Shown one piece after another: positions 27,900 through 36,723 of a stretch of 64,000 nucleotides of DNA; the first letter of the stretch is position 1; each line of letters starts with the position of its first letter. Source of the stretch: Thermoproteota archaeon (GTDB lineage Archaea > Korarchaeota > Korarchaeia > Korarchaeales > Korarchaeaceae); the NCBI GenBank assembly GCA_027491415.1, contig JAOZFH010000047.1, positions 1 through 64,000 on the forward strand, in the 5' to 3' direction. The notes beneath the pieces were generated by a model, which had not been told where the DNA came from, searched no databases, and was given only the letters and a program-made list of their open reading frames with translations. The position numbers were made by a program, and so were the translations under genes.

Positions 27900-28238
27900 T
27901 CACAGCTTCAGGAACTTCAGGGGGAGCTTGCCCGTCTGCCTGCTCCTCCTGGCCTGCAGCGGCCTCCTGATCTTCCTATCTTCCTCAGCCCTGGGCCTGA
28001 CGAGACCCATGTGAACGGCGCAGCTGATACAGTAGTACCTGGTCTCGAGCCTCTTGGAGATGTAGGCTCCCTGCTTCTCCAGCTCTCTCGCCAGGGGTCC
28101 ACCGATGGGCGAGACCCACCTGGTGATCCTCACCGCCTTGTCCGCTGGGACGAGCCTCCCGCAGGCGTGGCACTGCACAGGCTTCTCGTGTCCTGAGTCA
28201 GATAGCTTCCTACCCCTGCTCTTCCTCTTCTTCGGCAT
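27900..28238 (-). CDS. rps26e: 30S ribosomal protein eS26
   Basis: MPKKRKSRGR, VQCHACGRLVPADKA, YCISCAVH; TTTTATA promoter at 28272-28278 (-). Confidence 0.97.
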   Translation of the reverse strand: MPKKRKSRGRKLSDSGHEKPVQCHACGRLVPADKAVRITRWVSPIGGPLARELEKQGAYISKRLETRYYCISCAVHMGLVRPRAEEDRKIRRPLQARRSRQTGKLPLKFLKL

Positions 28239-28292
28239 ACGCGTTTCCCCAGGGGACTGGGCCCGCCCACCTATAAAAGGTAGTTGGGGGGA

Positions 28293-29738
28293 TCAGTAGC
28301 TGCGTCCGATCCACGCCCTGTGCGGGGAAGGAGAGCCGCATACTATGCAGGGCCGCTCTTTTCCGCTCAGGGCTCCCTCCTCGTACCCCAGGATTCCGTA
28401 GCCTATCTCCTCCTCAACGGTGTGAGCGCACTCCTCCCGCCCGCACCAAGCGAAGCTAGCGAGCTTGCCCGCCGAGATGGCCTCTCGGATTTCGTCAAAG
28501 TTCTCCGCGTGCGTCAGCCTGCTCTCGAAGTACCTCTTAGCCTCTTCCCTGAGGGCGCTCTCGTACTCCTCGAGCATCCGGCGGATGCCCTCAACCAGCT
28601 CCCGCTCTGGGATCTTGACGCGCTCGACTCTGTCCCTCCTAGCCACCGAGACGTAGCCTCCCTTGACCTCCTGGGGCCCCACATCGATCTTCAGCGGGAC
28701 TCCCCTGATGTCCCACTTGTAGTACTTGTAGCCCGGCCGCTCGTCCGACTCGTCTATCTCGACCCGGAGCCCAGCCTCCTTAAGCCTCCGATAGATTTCC
28801 CTGGCCTTCGCGATGACGGGCTCCTTCTCTTCTGCCTTGGGAATCGGTATTACCACCATCTGCACCGGCGCTATCTTGGGGGGGAGCCTCAGCCCCCTGT
28901 CGTCGCCGTGGATCGCAATTACTGCTGCCAGACTTCTCTCCGAGATCCCGAAGGAGGTGGTGTTCACGTACCTCCTCTCCCCTTTCTCGTCCATGTAGGT
29001 CAGATCGTACGCCCTAGAGAAGAGATCTCCGAAGTTGATGACGCTACCCAGCTCTAGGGCCTTCCCGTCCGGCATTATGGTGATGAGGTCTATGTTGTAC
29101 TTCGCGCCCGGGAAGGTGTCCCACGGGAGGGTTTTCACCACCAAGTACGGGACCATCAGCTCGTCGTAGAACTGGCGGTAGATCTTGACGCCCAGCTCGA
29201 CCTGCTCGATCGCCTCCTCGAGGGTGGCGTGGAAGGTGTGACCCTCCTTGAAGAATGCTATCTCCCGGACCCTTATCAATGGGCGGGTGGCCTTGGTCTC
29301 GAACCTGTACACGGGGACTATCTGGTATATCCTGAGCGGGAGGTCCGCGTAGCTCTGTATCCATCGTGATAGGACCTCATACATTATGGCCTCGCTCGTG
29401 GGTCTCAGAGCCAAGGGCTCTGGGGCGGGGCCGGTGCCCAACCGGGTGATCCAGTAAACCGAGTCCTGAAATCCCTTTATGAACTCGAACTCCCTCCCAA
29501 GGACGCTCTGTGGTACGACTCCCGGGAAGTAAACCCTCCTGTGGCCGGTCTCCCTCAGAAGTCGCTCCATTATGCCCATTACCGCCTCCATGATGGCGTA
29601 GCCGAAGGGCAGCCAGACGTACATTCCCTTAACTGGGTACCTCTCGTCCAGGATGCCCGACTTGAAGATGACCTCGTCGAACCACCTGGAGAAGTCCTCC
29701 TCCTTGGGGGTCAGCTCGAACGCCTTCCTCTCGGACAT
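28293..29738 (-). CDS. proS: Prolyl-tRNA synthetase, archaeal type
   Basis: YPVKG, LRPTSE, FETKATRPLIRVREI, GISER, HGDDRGL.LPP, C-terminal GRSY. Confidence 0.97.
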   Translation of the reverse strand: MSERKAFELTPKEEDFSRWFDEVIFKSGILDERYPVKGMYVWLPFGYAIMEAVMGIMERLLRETGHRRVYFPGVVPQSVLGREFEFIKGFQDSVYWITRLGTGPAPEPLALRPTSEAIMYEVLSRWIQSYADLPLRIYQIVPVYRFETKATRPLIRVREIAFFKEGHTFHATLEEAIEQVELGVKIYRQFYDELMVPYLVVKTLPWDTFPGAKYNIDLITIMPDGKALELGSVINFGDLFSRAYDLTYMDEKGERRYVNTTSFGISERSLAAVIAIHGDDRGLRLPPKIAPVQMVVIPIPKAEEKEPVIAKAREIYRRLKEAGLRVEIDESDERPGYKYYKWDIRGVPLKIDVGPQEVKGGYVSVARRDRVERVKIPERELVEGIRRMLEEYESALREEAKRYFESRLTHAENFDEIREAISAGKLASFAWCGREECAHTVEEEIGYGILGYEEGALSGKERPCIVCGSPSPHRAWIGRSY

Positions 29739-29785
29739 GTGAGACCAACCCCGCCCTGCGCGACCCGCCCGGGATCTGCCCCAAA

Positions 29786-30424
29786 TTAAAGGATGCCACC
29801 CCTGGCATCAGCCAGTCTCTCCATAGACCTCAGCATGTTGTAGGTGGACCCGGGGAACTCGTCCTCCAGGGAGAAAACCAGGTCTAGCATGGGAGACGAT
29901 CTCGTAGTCTCCTGCTGGAAGGCAGCGGCCAGCTCCCAGCCCAGCACGTCGTAGAGGGGGAGAACCACGTCCAACCCGTCAGGCGGATCTGGATACAGGA
30001 GACGGCCTCTCAGGAACAGACACCCGCCCCTTCGAGAGATCCAGAGCAGGTTGTTGGCGACTGTCTCCTCCGCGGTCAGCGGGAGGACCACCTTCCCTAT
30101 ACCCCGCCGAGTGGCCTCCAAGAGGGCGGTCTTGAGGTACAGGCAGTTGACGGGCCTCTCATCATCCACGATCGTGAGGAACGATATCTTGACCTTCGGA
30201 AAGTCCCGCTCGACCTCGAGGAGCAAGCTCATCCCGAGCTCGTCGACCGTGACACCGCTCCTGACGACCGCTAGGACGTTGGACTCCGGAGTCAGCAGCT
30301 GATACCTTGCTATTGCCCTCCTGACCTTATGATGGAGCGACTCTAGCAGGCATTGGAGGCAGAGCCTCTCTCCTGAGTACTTCCTGTGGTAGACCGCCTG
30401 CCTCCGCCCACAGGCCGTGCACAT
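29786..30424 (-). CDS. Short inactive paralog of TtuA/NcsA (tRNA 2-thiolation) family
   Basis: N-terminal zinc finger CTAC...YSGERLCLQC, KVRRAI..Y.L; PP-loop replaced by RSGVTVD; PLYDV...EL; LEDEFPGSTYNMLRS. Confidence 0.75.
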   Translation of the reverse strand: MCTACGRRQAVYHRKYSGERLCLQCLLESLHHKVRRAIARYQLLTPESNVLAVVRSGVTVDELGMSLLLEVERDFPKVKISFLTIVDDERPVNCLYLKTALLEATRRGIGKVVLPLTAEETVANNLLWISRRGGCLFLRGRLLYPDPPDGLDVVLPLYDVLGWELAAAFQQETTRSSPMLDLVFSLEDEFPGSTYNMLRSMERLADARGGIL

Positions 30425-30477
30425 TGGGGTGCTCGACCGCGCGTTAAAGGGTGATCCCCGGGAGCGGCTCGGGGTTG

Positions 30478-31176
30478 ATGGGGCTAAAACCTGAGCGGCG
30501 AGTGGTGTACGGTCCGGACAGGTGGAGGCTGCTGGATGAACTCAGGGACAAGGCCGAGGATGTCATGAGCCGCCTAGCCAGCGCGGGCCAGCCGTCCCTG
30601 GTCTACGGGAGCGTGGCCAGGGGCGATGTGGACGAGGGGAGCGACGTCGATGTGGTGGTCCTGAGGCCCAGGCTCCCAGCGTCCACTATCGAGATGATCC
30701 TCAGGGAGGAGTTAGGCGACCCGGTGAGGAGGGAGATAACGCAGGCTACGCCCTCCAGCGCCGTCAAGGGATACATCTACTTCGATGGAAACGTGGTCGT
30801 CTCGCTTCCCTTAACTGGCCTGGGAGAGAGGGAGGAGGAATTCTACCGGTTTGGCGGTTGCCTGGACCTGGAGGGGCTTAGAAATCATGAGCGCATTCCC
30901 GGGGTAAACAAAGAACTCATGCTGATAATACCGACCCCTGAGGGACACGCAGAAGTTTCGGTGAGGGGCAGGGAGGAGGTCGTCGCAAGGGTTCTGGGCA
31001 TTTCGGTGGGTACCGTTGAGGAGAGAGTTCGGGTGCTGACTGAGAGGAGAATTCGAGGGAAGACCGGGCTTTACGTTCACTACACCCTCGGGCTCAACGA
31101 GAGCTTCGAAGGCGCGCTGAAGAGGCTGGCCAGCGTGAAGAAGGGGCTTAGGAGGAGGCTCGGAGAATTGTTTTGA
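30478..31176 (+). CDS. Pol-beta-superfamily nucleotidyltransferase (COG2413-like)
   Basis: YGSVARGDV...SDVD, ITQATP, EFYRFGG, GVNKEL, ERVRVL..R...G.TG. Confidence 0.88.
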   Translation: MGLKPERRVVYGPDRWRLLDELRDKAEDVMSRLASAGQPSLVYGSVARGDVDEGSDVDVVVLRPRLPASTIEMILREELGDPVRREITQATPSSAVKGYIYFDGNVVVSLPLTGLGEREEEFYRFGGCLDLEGLRNHERIPGVNKELMLIIPTPEGHAEVSVRGREEVVARVLGISVGTVEERVRVLTERRIRGKTGLYVHYTLGLNESFEGALKRLASVKKGLRRRLGELF

Positions 31177-31225
31177 GCGGCGGCAGCGAGATAGCTCAGA
31201 TGCGGGCCTCTTCTGGCGAGGAGCC

Positions 31226-31522
31226 ATGAGGGGAGTCTTTGCGGCAGCGCTGTCGGTCCTGTTGATCTTGCCCACCATCAGCGTAGTCGCCTGCGCCAGT
31301 CCCGGAATATCTCGCTCTCGGGTCTTCGAGGGGTTCAAGGCGGAGCTGATTGAGATACTGTCCTTCCTGAAGGAGACGGCGCTTGAGATAGGGAGAATTC
31401 TCTCAGGCACCCTGATAGCGTTGGGAGTCGTGCTTTGGGCATCTGACGTCTTCTCCTACAAGGGGAGGAAGCTCATCACGTCGGGCGTGATACTCTACTT
31501 CATCCTCGAGCTCTTGGGCTAG
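31226..31522 (+). CDS. Small secreted/membrane protein, possibly TrbC/VirB2-pilin-like
   Basis: Signal-like N-terminus, amphipathic helix, two hydrophobic helices separated by KGRK; SD GAGGAG. Confidence 0.6.
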   Translation: MRGVFAAALSVLLILPTISVVACASPGISRSRVFEGFKAELIEILSFLKETALEIGRILSGTLIALGVVLWASDVFSYKGRKLITSGVILYFILELLG

Positions 31523-31537
31523 GCAAGACCCGGCGCC

Positions 31538-32626
31538 CTACTCGGAAACCGGGAAGCGGAGAAAGGCTACAATCCCCCCGAGGGAGTCAAGCATCTGCCC
31601 AGGCTCTGAGTCCGAGTCCAATATGCGGAAGTTGGCCCTGGTTCGCCTGCACATCTCCAACATACGCATCGCCTCGTCCCTTGTGGATGGGTCGAACAGC
31701 AACTTGCTGGACAGCAGCAGGATCTCCACGGCGCCAAGTGACAGGGCTTTAGAGACCTGCTTGAGTCCGTAGGTGACGAGTCCGGATCCCTTGGACAGCT
31801 CGCGGAGGAAGTCCTGGAGGAGACCCGCGTCCCTCGAGATGGATAGCTCTCTGGCCACTCTGTCAATCTCTCCCCTGCGAAGAACCTCGTAGATTCCGCT
31901 GAGCGTTGCGGACGACGAGTCGACCACCCTGATCAGGTTCGCCAGCTCGGGAGACCTCTCCTCCATGAACCTCGCAAGCTCCTCCTTGAAGAAGCCCGGT
32001 CCCGTCAGCACTATGGCCTCCGGGGAGTACCTCTCTGCGAGTCTCTCAAGTAGCTCAGCAAGCTCCCGCTGAAACTCCCTATTCAGCGCGCTCTGAATCC
32101 TCTTTGAGCGGAGGTTCGCTGTTCTGGACGCTCTCAGCGACGCCTCGGGTGCGACCCGAAAGTCTGAGATCACGGCGACAACCGCGTCCCTGTCGTCCAA
32201 GGCGACGGCCAGGACCTTGGGCGATAGGGTCGACCTCTCTGCCCTGTCCAGGAATTCCAAGAGCGTGTCGCTCCAGGACTCCTTCTGGATCGTGAGCTGC
32301 GACCCCGGAGAGATGTCCAGAGAGTGGTGCTTCCCCTGAATCCCCAACCACTCCGGGGCCCTCCTGACCACGCCGAGGACTCGAAGCGAGGCCCCCCTGG
32401 GGCCGACCTCAACCTTCTCCACCTCGATCGTCAGCGTAACCGGAACGCGCTCTCCGCTGTCCGCCCTCTGCTGACCCTCAGGCTTATACCTCCGCGTCGT
32501 CCGGGCAGTTATCAGGTCGCCGGGTTTGATTATGAGGGACAGCCAGTAGAGGTCCTCCTGGCCGTCAACCTTCACAGTCACTGTGCCCCTTCTTTCGTCC
32601 CTCTTCAGTACCCTCATGCGGATCAC
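31538..32626 (-). CDS. pelA: Ribosome rescue factor pelota (aDom34)
   Basis: EDLYWL..II.PGD....T.R, LRVLG, GKHHSL, GPGFFKE, TYG, LGAV..LL, LGGIVAFLRF. Confidence 0.95.
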   Translation of the reverse strand: MIRMRVLKRDERRGTVTVKVDGQEDLYWLSLIIKPGDLITARTTRRYKPEGQQRADSGERVPVTLTIEVEKVEVGPRGASLRVLGVVRRAPEWLGIQGKHHSLDISPGSQLTIQKESWSDTLLEFLDRAERSTLSPKVLAVALDDRDAVVAVISDFRVAPEASLRASRTANLRSKRIQSALNREFQRELAELLERLAERYSPEAIVLTGPGFFKEELARFMEERSPELANLIRVVDSSSATLSGIYEVLRRGEIDRVARELSISRDAGLLQDFLRELSKGSGLVTYGLKQVSKALSLGAVEILLLSSKLLFDPSTRDEAMRMLEMCRRTRANFRILDSDSEPGQMLDSLGGIVAFLRFPVSE

Positions 32627-32635
32627 GCGTTGGAT

Positions 32636-33931
32636 CTACTCCAGCGTGTAGACCTTCAACCCAACGGGTATCCTGCTCAGCTCGTAGGTCCTCCTACCGA
32701 CTATCACCCTAATCCCAGAGAGGTGCGCCTTGTCCACAATTCGCTGAGTAACGTTCCCATCGTACACGAGGTACTTCGCTCCGTCAACCGAGTCCAGCTG
32801 CTCGTGCAGGTCGCTCACCCTTACCTCCTTCACCTTTTTCATGTCCTCGGACAGGAGGATCGCCTTTCCGCTGGAGATTGCCTCTTTAACCCAGTCTCTG
32901 AACTCCTTGGGGATCCGCTTCTCCCACAGCTCCTCAACCGGAGGAGGTCCGGCGTGCTTCGTCACGGCAGATCCTGCCTGGGGTTGTTGGATCTCCGCGG
33001 GAGCCTGAGGCGGGGGTGGTCTACTCACGGGCTTTGGGATCCCCATCCTCTCCCGCTCTTCGGACGCTGAAACTGCAGACTCAAGCGCCTTCCTGATCTC
33101 CTTGGCCGTGAGGTCTTGCACGCCCTTGCCAGGGGGGGCCCTAGCAACGTAGTCCACATCCGTCTGCTCCAAGAGGGCCCTGAGAACCATCTCCCCTCCG
33201 CGATCCCCGTCAACGAAGGCTATGGCATCCTTCTGGGCTATCAGCTTCACCACCGTGTCGGGGACCCTCTCGACGGCCCCGCCAACCGATATGACGTTGG
33301 TCCAGCCGTACCTCAGCATGTTTACGACATCCGCCCGGCCCTCCACGACTATCAGCTCCTCGGACTCGTCCACCCCAGGGCCGGCTGGGAGCCTTTCTGG
33401 GCCGTAAAAGACCACCTCTTCGCGGGAGGCCTCTCTCAGGATCTTGTCAAGCAGGTCCTTGGACGACTCCGCTGCCTGGCTCCTCCACTCCTTGAGTATC
33501 TCCACGGCCCTCTTAGCAATAAATCTCCTCTTCTCCTCACGTTCATCTGTAATTTTTCTCAATTTGACCTTTGCAGTGTAAGGTCCAACACGATCAACGC
33601 TCTCCATGGCGGCGGCGATAATGGCCGTCCGGGCCTTGTCTAGGCTGCAGCCGACCTGAATGACGCCCCTCGTCTTCGCGCCCTCGTTCTTGAGGTGAAC
33701 CTTTATCCTGCCTATCTTTCCGGTCCTCTGGAGCTCTCTCAGCTCTAGCTCGGGCCCTATGAGACCCTCAAGCTGACCGAACAGCGCCCCTATAACGTCG
33801 CTGTCGTCCACATGACCGTTAACGACTATGTCGAGGTGGATCAGGTACTTGGGGTGGTGCTCTGCATCCCTGTTCCTGTTCCCAAGAGGCCTCGACTCGA
33901 ACCCAGGGGAATTCCTCAAGTCAAACATCAC
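32636..33931 (-). CDS. dnaG: Archaeal DnaG (exosome-associated, TOPRIM)
   Basis: DVIGALFGQ.EGL, LRELQRTGKIGRI, LPAGP, IVVEGRADV, FVDGDRGG, VARAP. Confidence 0.96.
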   Translation of the reverse strand: MMFDLRNSPGFESRPLGNRNRDAEHHPKYLIHLDIVVNGHVDDSDVIGALFGQLEGLIGPELELRELQRTGKIGRIKVHLKNEGAKTRGVIQVGCSLDKARTAIIAAAMESVDRVGPYTAKVKLRKITDEREEKRRFIAKRAVEILKEWRSQAAESSKDLLDKILREASREEVVFYGPERLPAGPGVDESEELIVVEGRADVVNMLRYGWTNVISVGGAVERVPDTVVKLIAQKDAIAFVDGDRGGEMVLRALLEQTDVDYVARAPPGKGVQDLTAKEIRKALESAVSASEERERMGIPKPVSRPPPPQAPAEIQQPQAGSAVTKHAGPPPVEELWEKRIPKEFRDWVKEAISSGKAILLSEDMKKVKEVRVSDLHEQLDSVDGAKYLVYDGNVTQRIVDKAHLSGIRVIVGRRTYELSRIPVGLKVYTLE

Positions 33932-34057
33932 CTCTCCTCAAGCGGGTATTGAGCCTGGAACGGCGCCCCAGACTCCTCTAACCACCCAATCAATTGCGAT
34001 TGATCGTCAAACTCGACCGATAACACTCCCTTCAACACCCGGTCTGAGAGGGGGTTG

Positions 34058-34139
34058 AGCGCCTGCCAACTAATCCCGCGGGCTCACCGGTCGGCCCACG
34101 CCGTCCTCCCTCGCCCGGGGTCATGCAGTGGCAGGCGCC
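34058..34139 (-). ncRNA. Structured RNA candidate with double K-turn, upstream of dnaG
   Basis: 11-bp terminal helix GGCGCCUGCCA/UGGCAGGCGCU; K-turn CC-GGU-GA-GCCC / GGGC-GA-GG; hairpin CGGC-GUGG-GCCG; TTAAAT about 26 nt upstream. Confidence 0.55.
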
Positions 34140-34166
34140 ATGTCTATTCTCTCAGGGACCCCAAAT

Positions 34167-35246
34167 TTAACGGTTCCTGAACACGAGCGCGTCGGCAAGC
34201 TCTGAGAGGAGCTGTAAGAACTCTGGGTCTGCAGCTCCCTCAAGGGATTTCAAGGCAGCCTTAGACTCCTCCAAGAGTTCTATTGCCTTGGAGCGTGCGT
34301 AGTCGAGCGAGCCAGTCTCTCTCACCACGTTCCTGACGAAGTCTACATCTTCGTCGCCTGCAGACGGGTTGCCCAAGATGCTCAGCATCCTGCCCCTCTC
34401 CTGAGGAGAGCAGCGCTCTAAAGCCCGTATTATTAGGATGGTACGCTTTCCCTCCTTCACATCCGAGTCCGCTGGCTTGCCCGTAACCCTTGGGTCTCCG
34501 AACAGCCCCAGAATGTCGTCCACTATCTGGAACGCCACCCCCACCTTGCGCCCGTAATCGTCGAGGTGTCTGAGGAGCGAGTCCGGCGCGCCAGCTAGAA
34601 TGGCTCCCATCTTAAGGGAGGCCGCGAAGAGGGCGCCTGTCTTGAGAGAGAGCATCCTGAGCACCGCCTGCTCATCTGGCGCCTCCTCGCTGCAGCTCAG
34701 GTAGAGGTCCAGCAGCTGACCCTCAATCAGCCTCCTGTAGGCCTCGACATACTCGACGGCCGCGGCGTTGGCCCTATCAAATGGAAATCCGGACTTGAGG
34801 AGGGTCTCAATCCCCAGCCCAAGCAGGCTGTCGCCTCCGAGGATACCAATCGAGATCCCAATGTTGGATGGGGCTCTCTCCACCCCCAGCGATGCGAACC
34901 AGTCGCGCCCAAGGACGTGAAAGGCCGGCCCACCCCTCCTCGTCAGGCTCTCATCCATGATGTCGTCGTGGATCAGAGAAGACGCGTGGAGGAGCTCGAC
35001 GGATATGGCCGCCCGGTAGATGCCCTCGTGGTCCCCTCCGAACCCCCTGTACGCCGCCACCACCGACAGGGGCCTTAACCTCTTTCCTCCCCTCAAGAGG
35101 TACTCTGTGAGCTTTTCGTAGTAGTCTGAGGTCTCACGGGACGGAGATTCAGCGCTAATCTCCTGCATGAACCTTGAAATCTCCTCGTCAATGCGGCCCT
35201 TGTTCTCCGAGATGAAAGCCTCGAGTATTCCGGTCATCTCACCCAC
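34167..35246 (-). CDS. idsA: Geranylgeranyl diphosphate synthase (polyprenyl synthetase)
   Basis: GGKRLRP, SLIHDDIMD...RRG, GQLLD, KTGALF, FQIVDDILG, SDVKEGK. Confidence 0.93.
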   Translation of the reverse strand: MGEMTGILEAFISENKGRIDEEISRFMQEISAESPSRETSDYYEKLTEYLLRGGKRLRPLSVVAAYRGFGGDHEGIYRAAISVELLHASSLIHDDIMDESLTRRGGPAFHVLGRDWFASLGVERAPSNIGISIGILGGDSLLGLGIETLLKSGFPFDRANAAAVEYVEAYRRLIEGQLLDLYLSCSEEAPDEQAVLRMLSLKTGALFAASLKMGAILAGAPDSLLRHLDDYGRKVGVAFQIVDDILGLFGDPRVTGKPADSDVKEGKRTILIIRALERCSPQERGRMLSILGNPSAGDEDVDFVRNVVRETGSLDYARSKAIELLEESKAALKSLEGAADPEFLQLLSELADALVFRNR

Positions 35247-35316
35247 ACCGTCTCGCCAACGCCTATCGAAAACCAGTTTTTAAAACGCAACCGACGGGCT
35301 CGGGAGGTGACCCCGC

Positions 35317-36453
35317 CTGCCGCCAAATGAATTGGATCCTTGGTCTAGCGACCTCATTCAAGACTACAAAAGACTAGTGGAGCAATTCGGTCTATCCGAG
35401 ATTAGAGACGATCACTTAGAACTCTTCGGGGACGCACCCTTCTTCCGCCGCAGGATAATCTTCGCACACCGCGACCTGGATGTGATAGCCGAAGCCATCA
35501 GGACCGGGAAGGAGTATGCGGTCCTGACCGGGATAAAGCCCACGGGGGAGTACCACCTTGGAACGTTTCAGACCGTGAAGGAGTTCGTGTACTTCCAGAG
35601 GAAGTCGATGAGCGCCGTAGCCTTGTTCTCGATAGCCGACATAGAGGCGTGGGAGGACAACGGGCAGGACTTTGACATCAGCAGGAAGGTGGCCGTCAGC
35701 AACGTGGCCGACCTCCTGGCGGCGGGCCTGGACCCCGAGAGGTCCTACATCTACTTTCAGAGCAAGGAGATCAGGGTACACGAGATAGCGGCCCTGGCCG
35801 CGAGGGGGATCACCCTGGCGACGATGAAGGCGGTGTACGGCGAGAGGCACATGGGGCTATATCTGTCGGCCCTGGTCCAGATAGGGGACATCCTTCTCCC
35901 CCAGCACCCCGACTTGGGTGGGCCTAAGCCCACAATAGTGCCCGTCGGCGTGGACCAGGACCCCCACCTCCGCCTGACGAGGGATGTCACCGCCAAGCTG
36001 AGGTCAAAGTGGGGTTTCATGGAGCCCTCCTCCACGTACCACCTGATCATCAGGAGCCTGCTGGGCGACAAGAAGATGTCCAAGCGTGATCCCATGAGCT
36101 ACATAAGCCTGAGAGACGACGAGGACCTGGTTCGAAAGAAGATTCTGAACGCGTTCACGGGAGGTCGGGAGACGGCGAAGCTCCAGCGGGAACTCGGCGG
36201 AGAGCCTTGGCGGTGCGTGGTGTATGAGATAGCGAAGTTCCACCTCTTCCCCGAGGGAGACTCTGAGCTTGAGAAGATCTACAGAGAGTGTGTTAACGGA
36301 GAGCGGCTCTGCGGCGAGTGTAAGGCACAGATAACTGAGGAACTGCTCAGAGAAATGCGTGAGCACGAGAAGAGAAGGGCGGAGGTTCTCCCACTCGCCA
36401 AAAAGATCGTTGAGGGGGCGTCCAGGCGCCAACCTTTATATAGCCTGGCCTGA
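35317..36453 (+). CDS. trpS: Tryptophanyl-tRNA synthetase
   Basis: DPW, RRRIIFAHRD, TGIKPTG.YHLG, PVGVDQDPH, KMSK, AFTGG; start CTG 35317 (6 nt after GGAGGTGA) or TTG 35332. Confidence 0.96.
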   Translation: MPPNELDPWSSDLIQDYKRLVEQFGLSEIRDDHLELFGDAPFFRRRIIFAHRDLDVIAEAIRTGKEYAVLTGIKPTGEYHLGTFQTVKEFVYFQRKSMSAVALFSIADIEAWEDNGQDFDISRKVAVSNVADLLAAGLDPERSYIYFQSKEIRVHEIAALAARGITLATMKAVYGERHMGLYLSALVQIGDILLPQHPDLGGPKPTIVPVGVDQDPHLRLTRDVTAKLRSKWGFMEPSSTYHLIIRSLLGDKKMSKRDPMSYISLRDDEDLVRKKILNAFTGGRETAKLQRELGGEPWRCVVYEIAKFHLFPEGDSELEKIYRECVNGERLCGECKAQITEELLREMREHEKRRAEVLPLAKKIVEGASRRQPLYSLA

Positions 36454-36473
36454 CGGGCTTGCGGAGAGGGCCC

Positions 36474-36677
36474 ATGGGAACAGTCAGGGAGAAGGCCATA
36501 AAGAGAATGGCCTACAAGCTCGTCAAGCAGTATCCCGAACTCTGGACCACGGACTTTGAGCATAACAAGAGGATCCTTCAGAGGATAGCTGACGTGCGGT
36601 CCAAGGTGTACAGAAACCGGGTGGCCGGCTACATAACCAGACTCAAGAAGAGGGAACTTCAGGGAACCCTAGTCTGA
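36474..36677 (+). CDS. rps17e: 30S ribosomal protein eS17
   Basis: MG.VR...IKR, DFEHNK, SKVYRNRVAGYITR; TTTATATA at 36435-36442 inside trpS 3' end. Confidence 0.97.
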   Translation: MGTVREKAIKRMAYKLVKQYPELWTTDFEHNKRILQRIADVRSKVYRNRVAGYITRLKKRELQGTLV

Positions 36678-36723
36678 TTTCACTCCTCTCCCGGCTGGAT
36701 TCCCTCCCTTTCAACCGTTTCGC

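Noticed and set aside
34061-34140. tRNA-like end (GCCTGCCA...TGGCAGGC-G-CCA) on the plus strand
   Set aside because: No T-loop, D-arm or anticodon arm; pairing favours the minus strand.
34040-34163. TPP-riboswitch-like GGGGUCC-CUGAGA
   Set aside because: The 3' pyrophosphate-sensing half is missing and there is no thiamine gene downstream.
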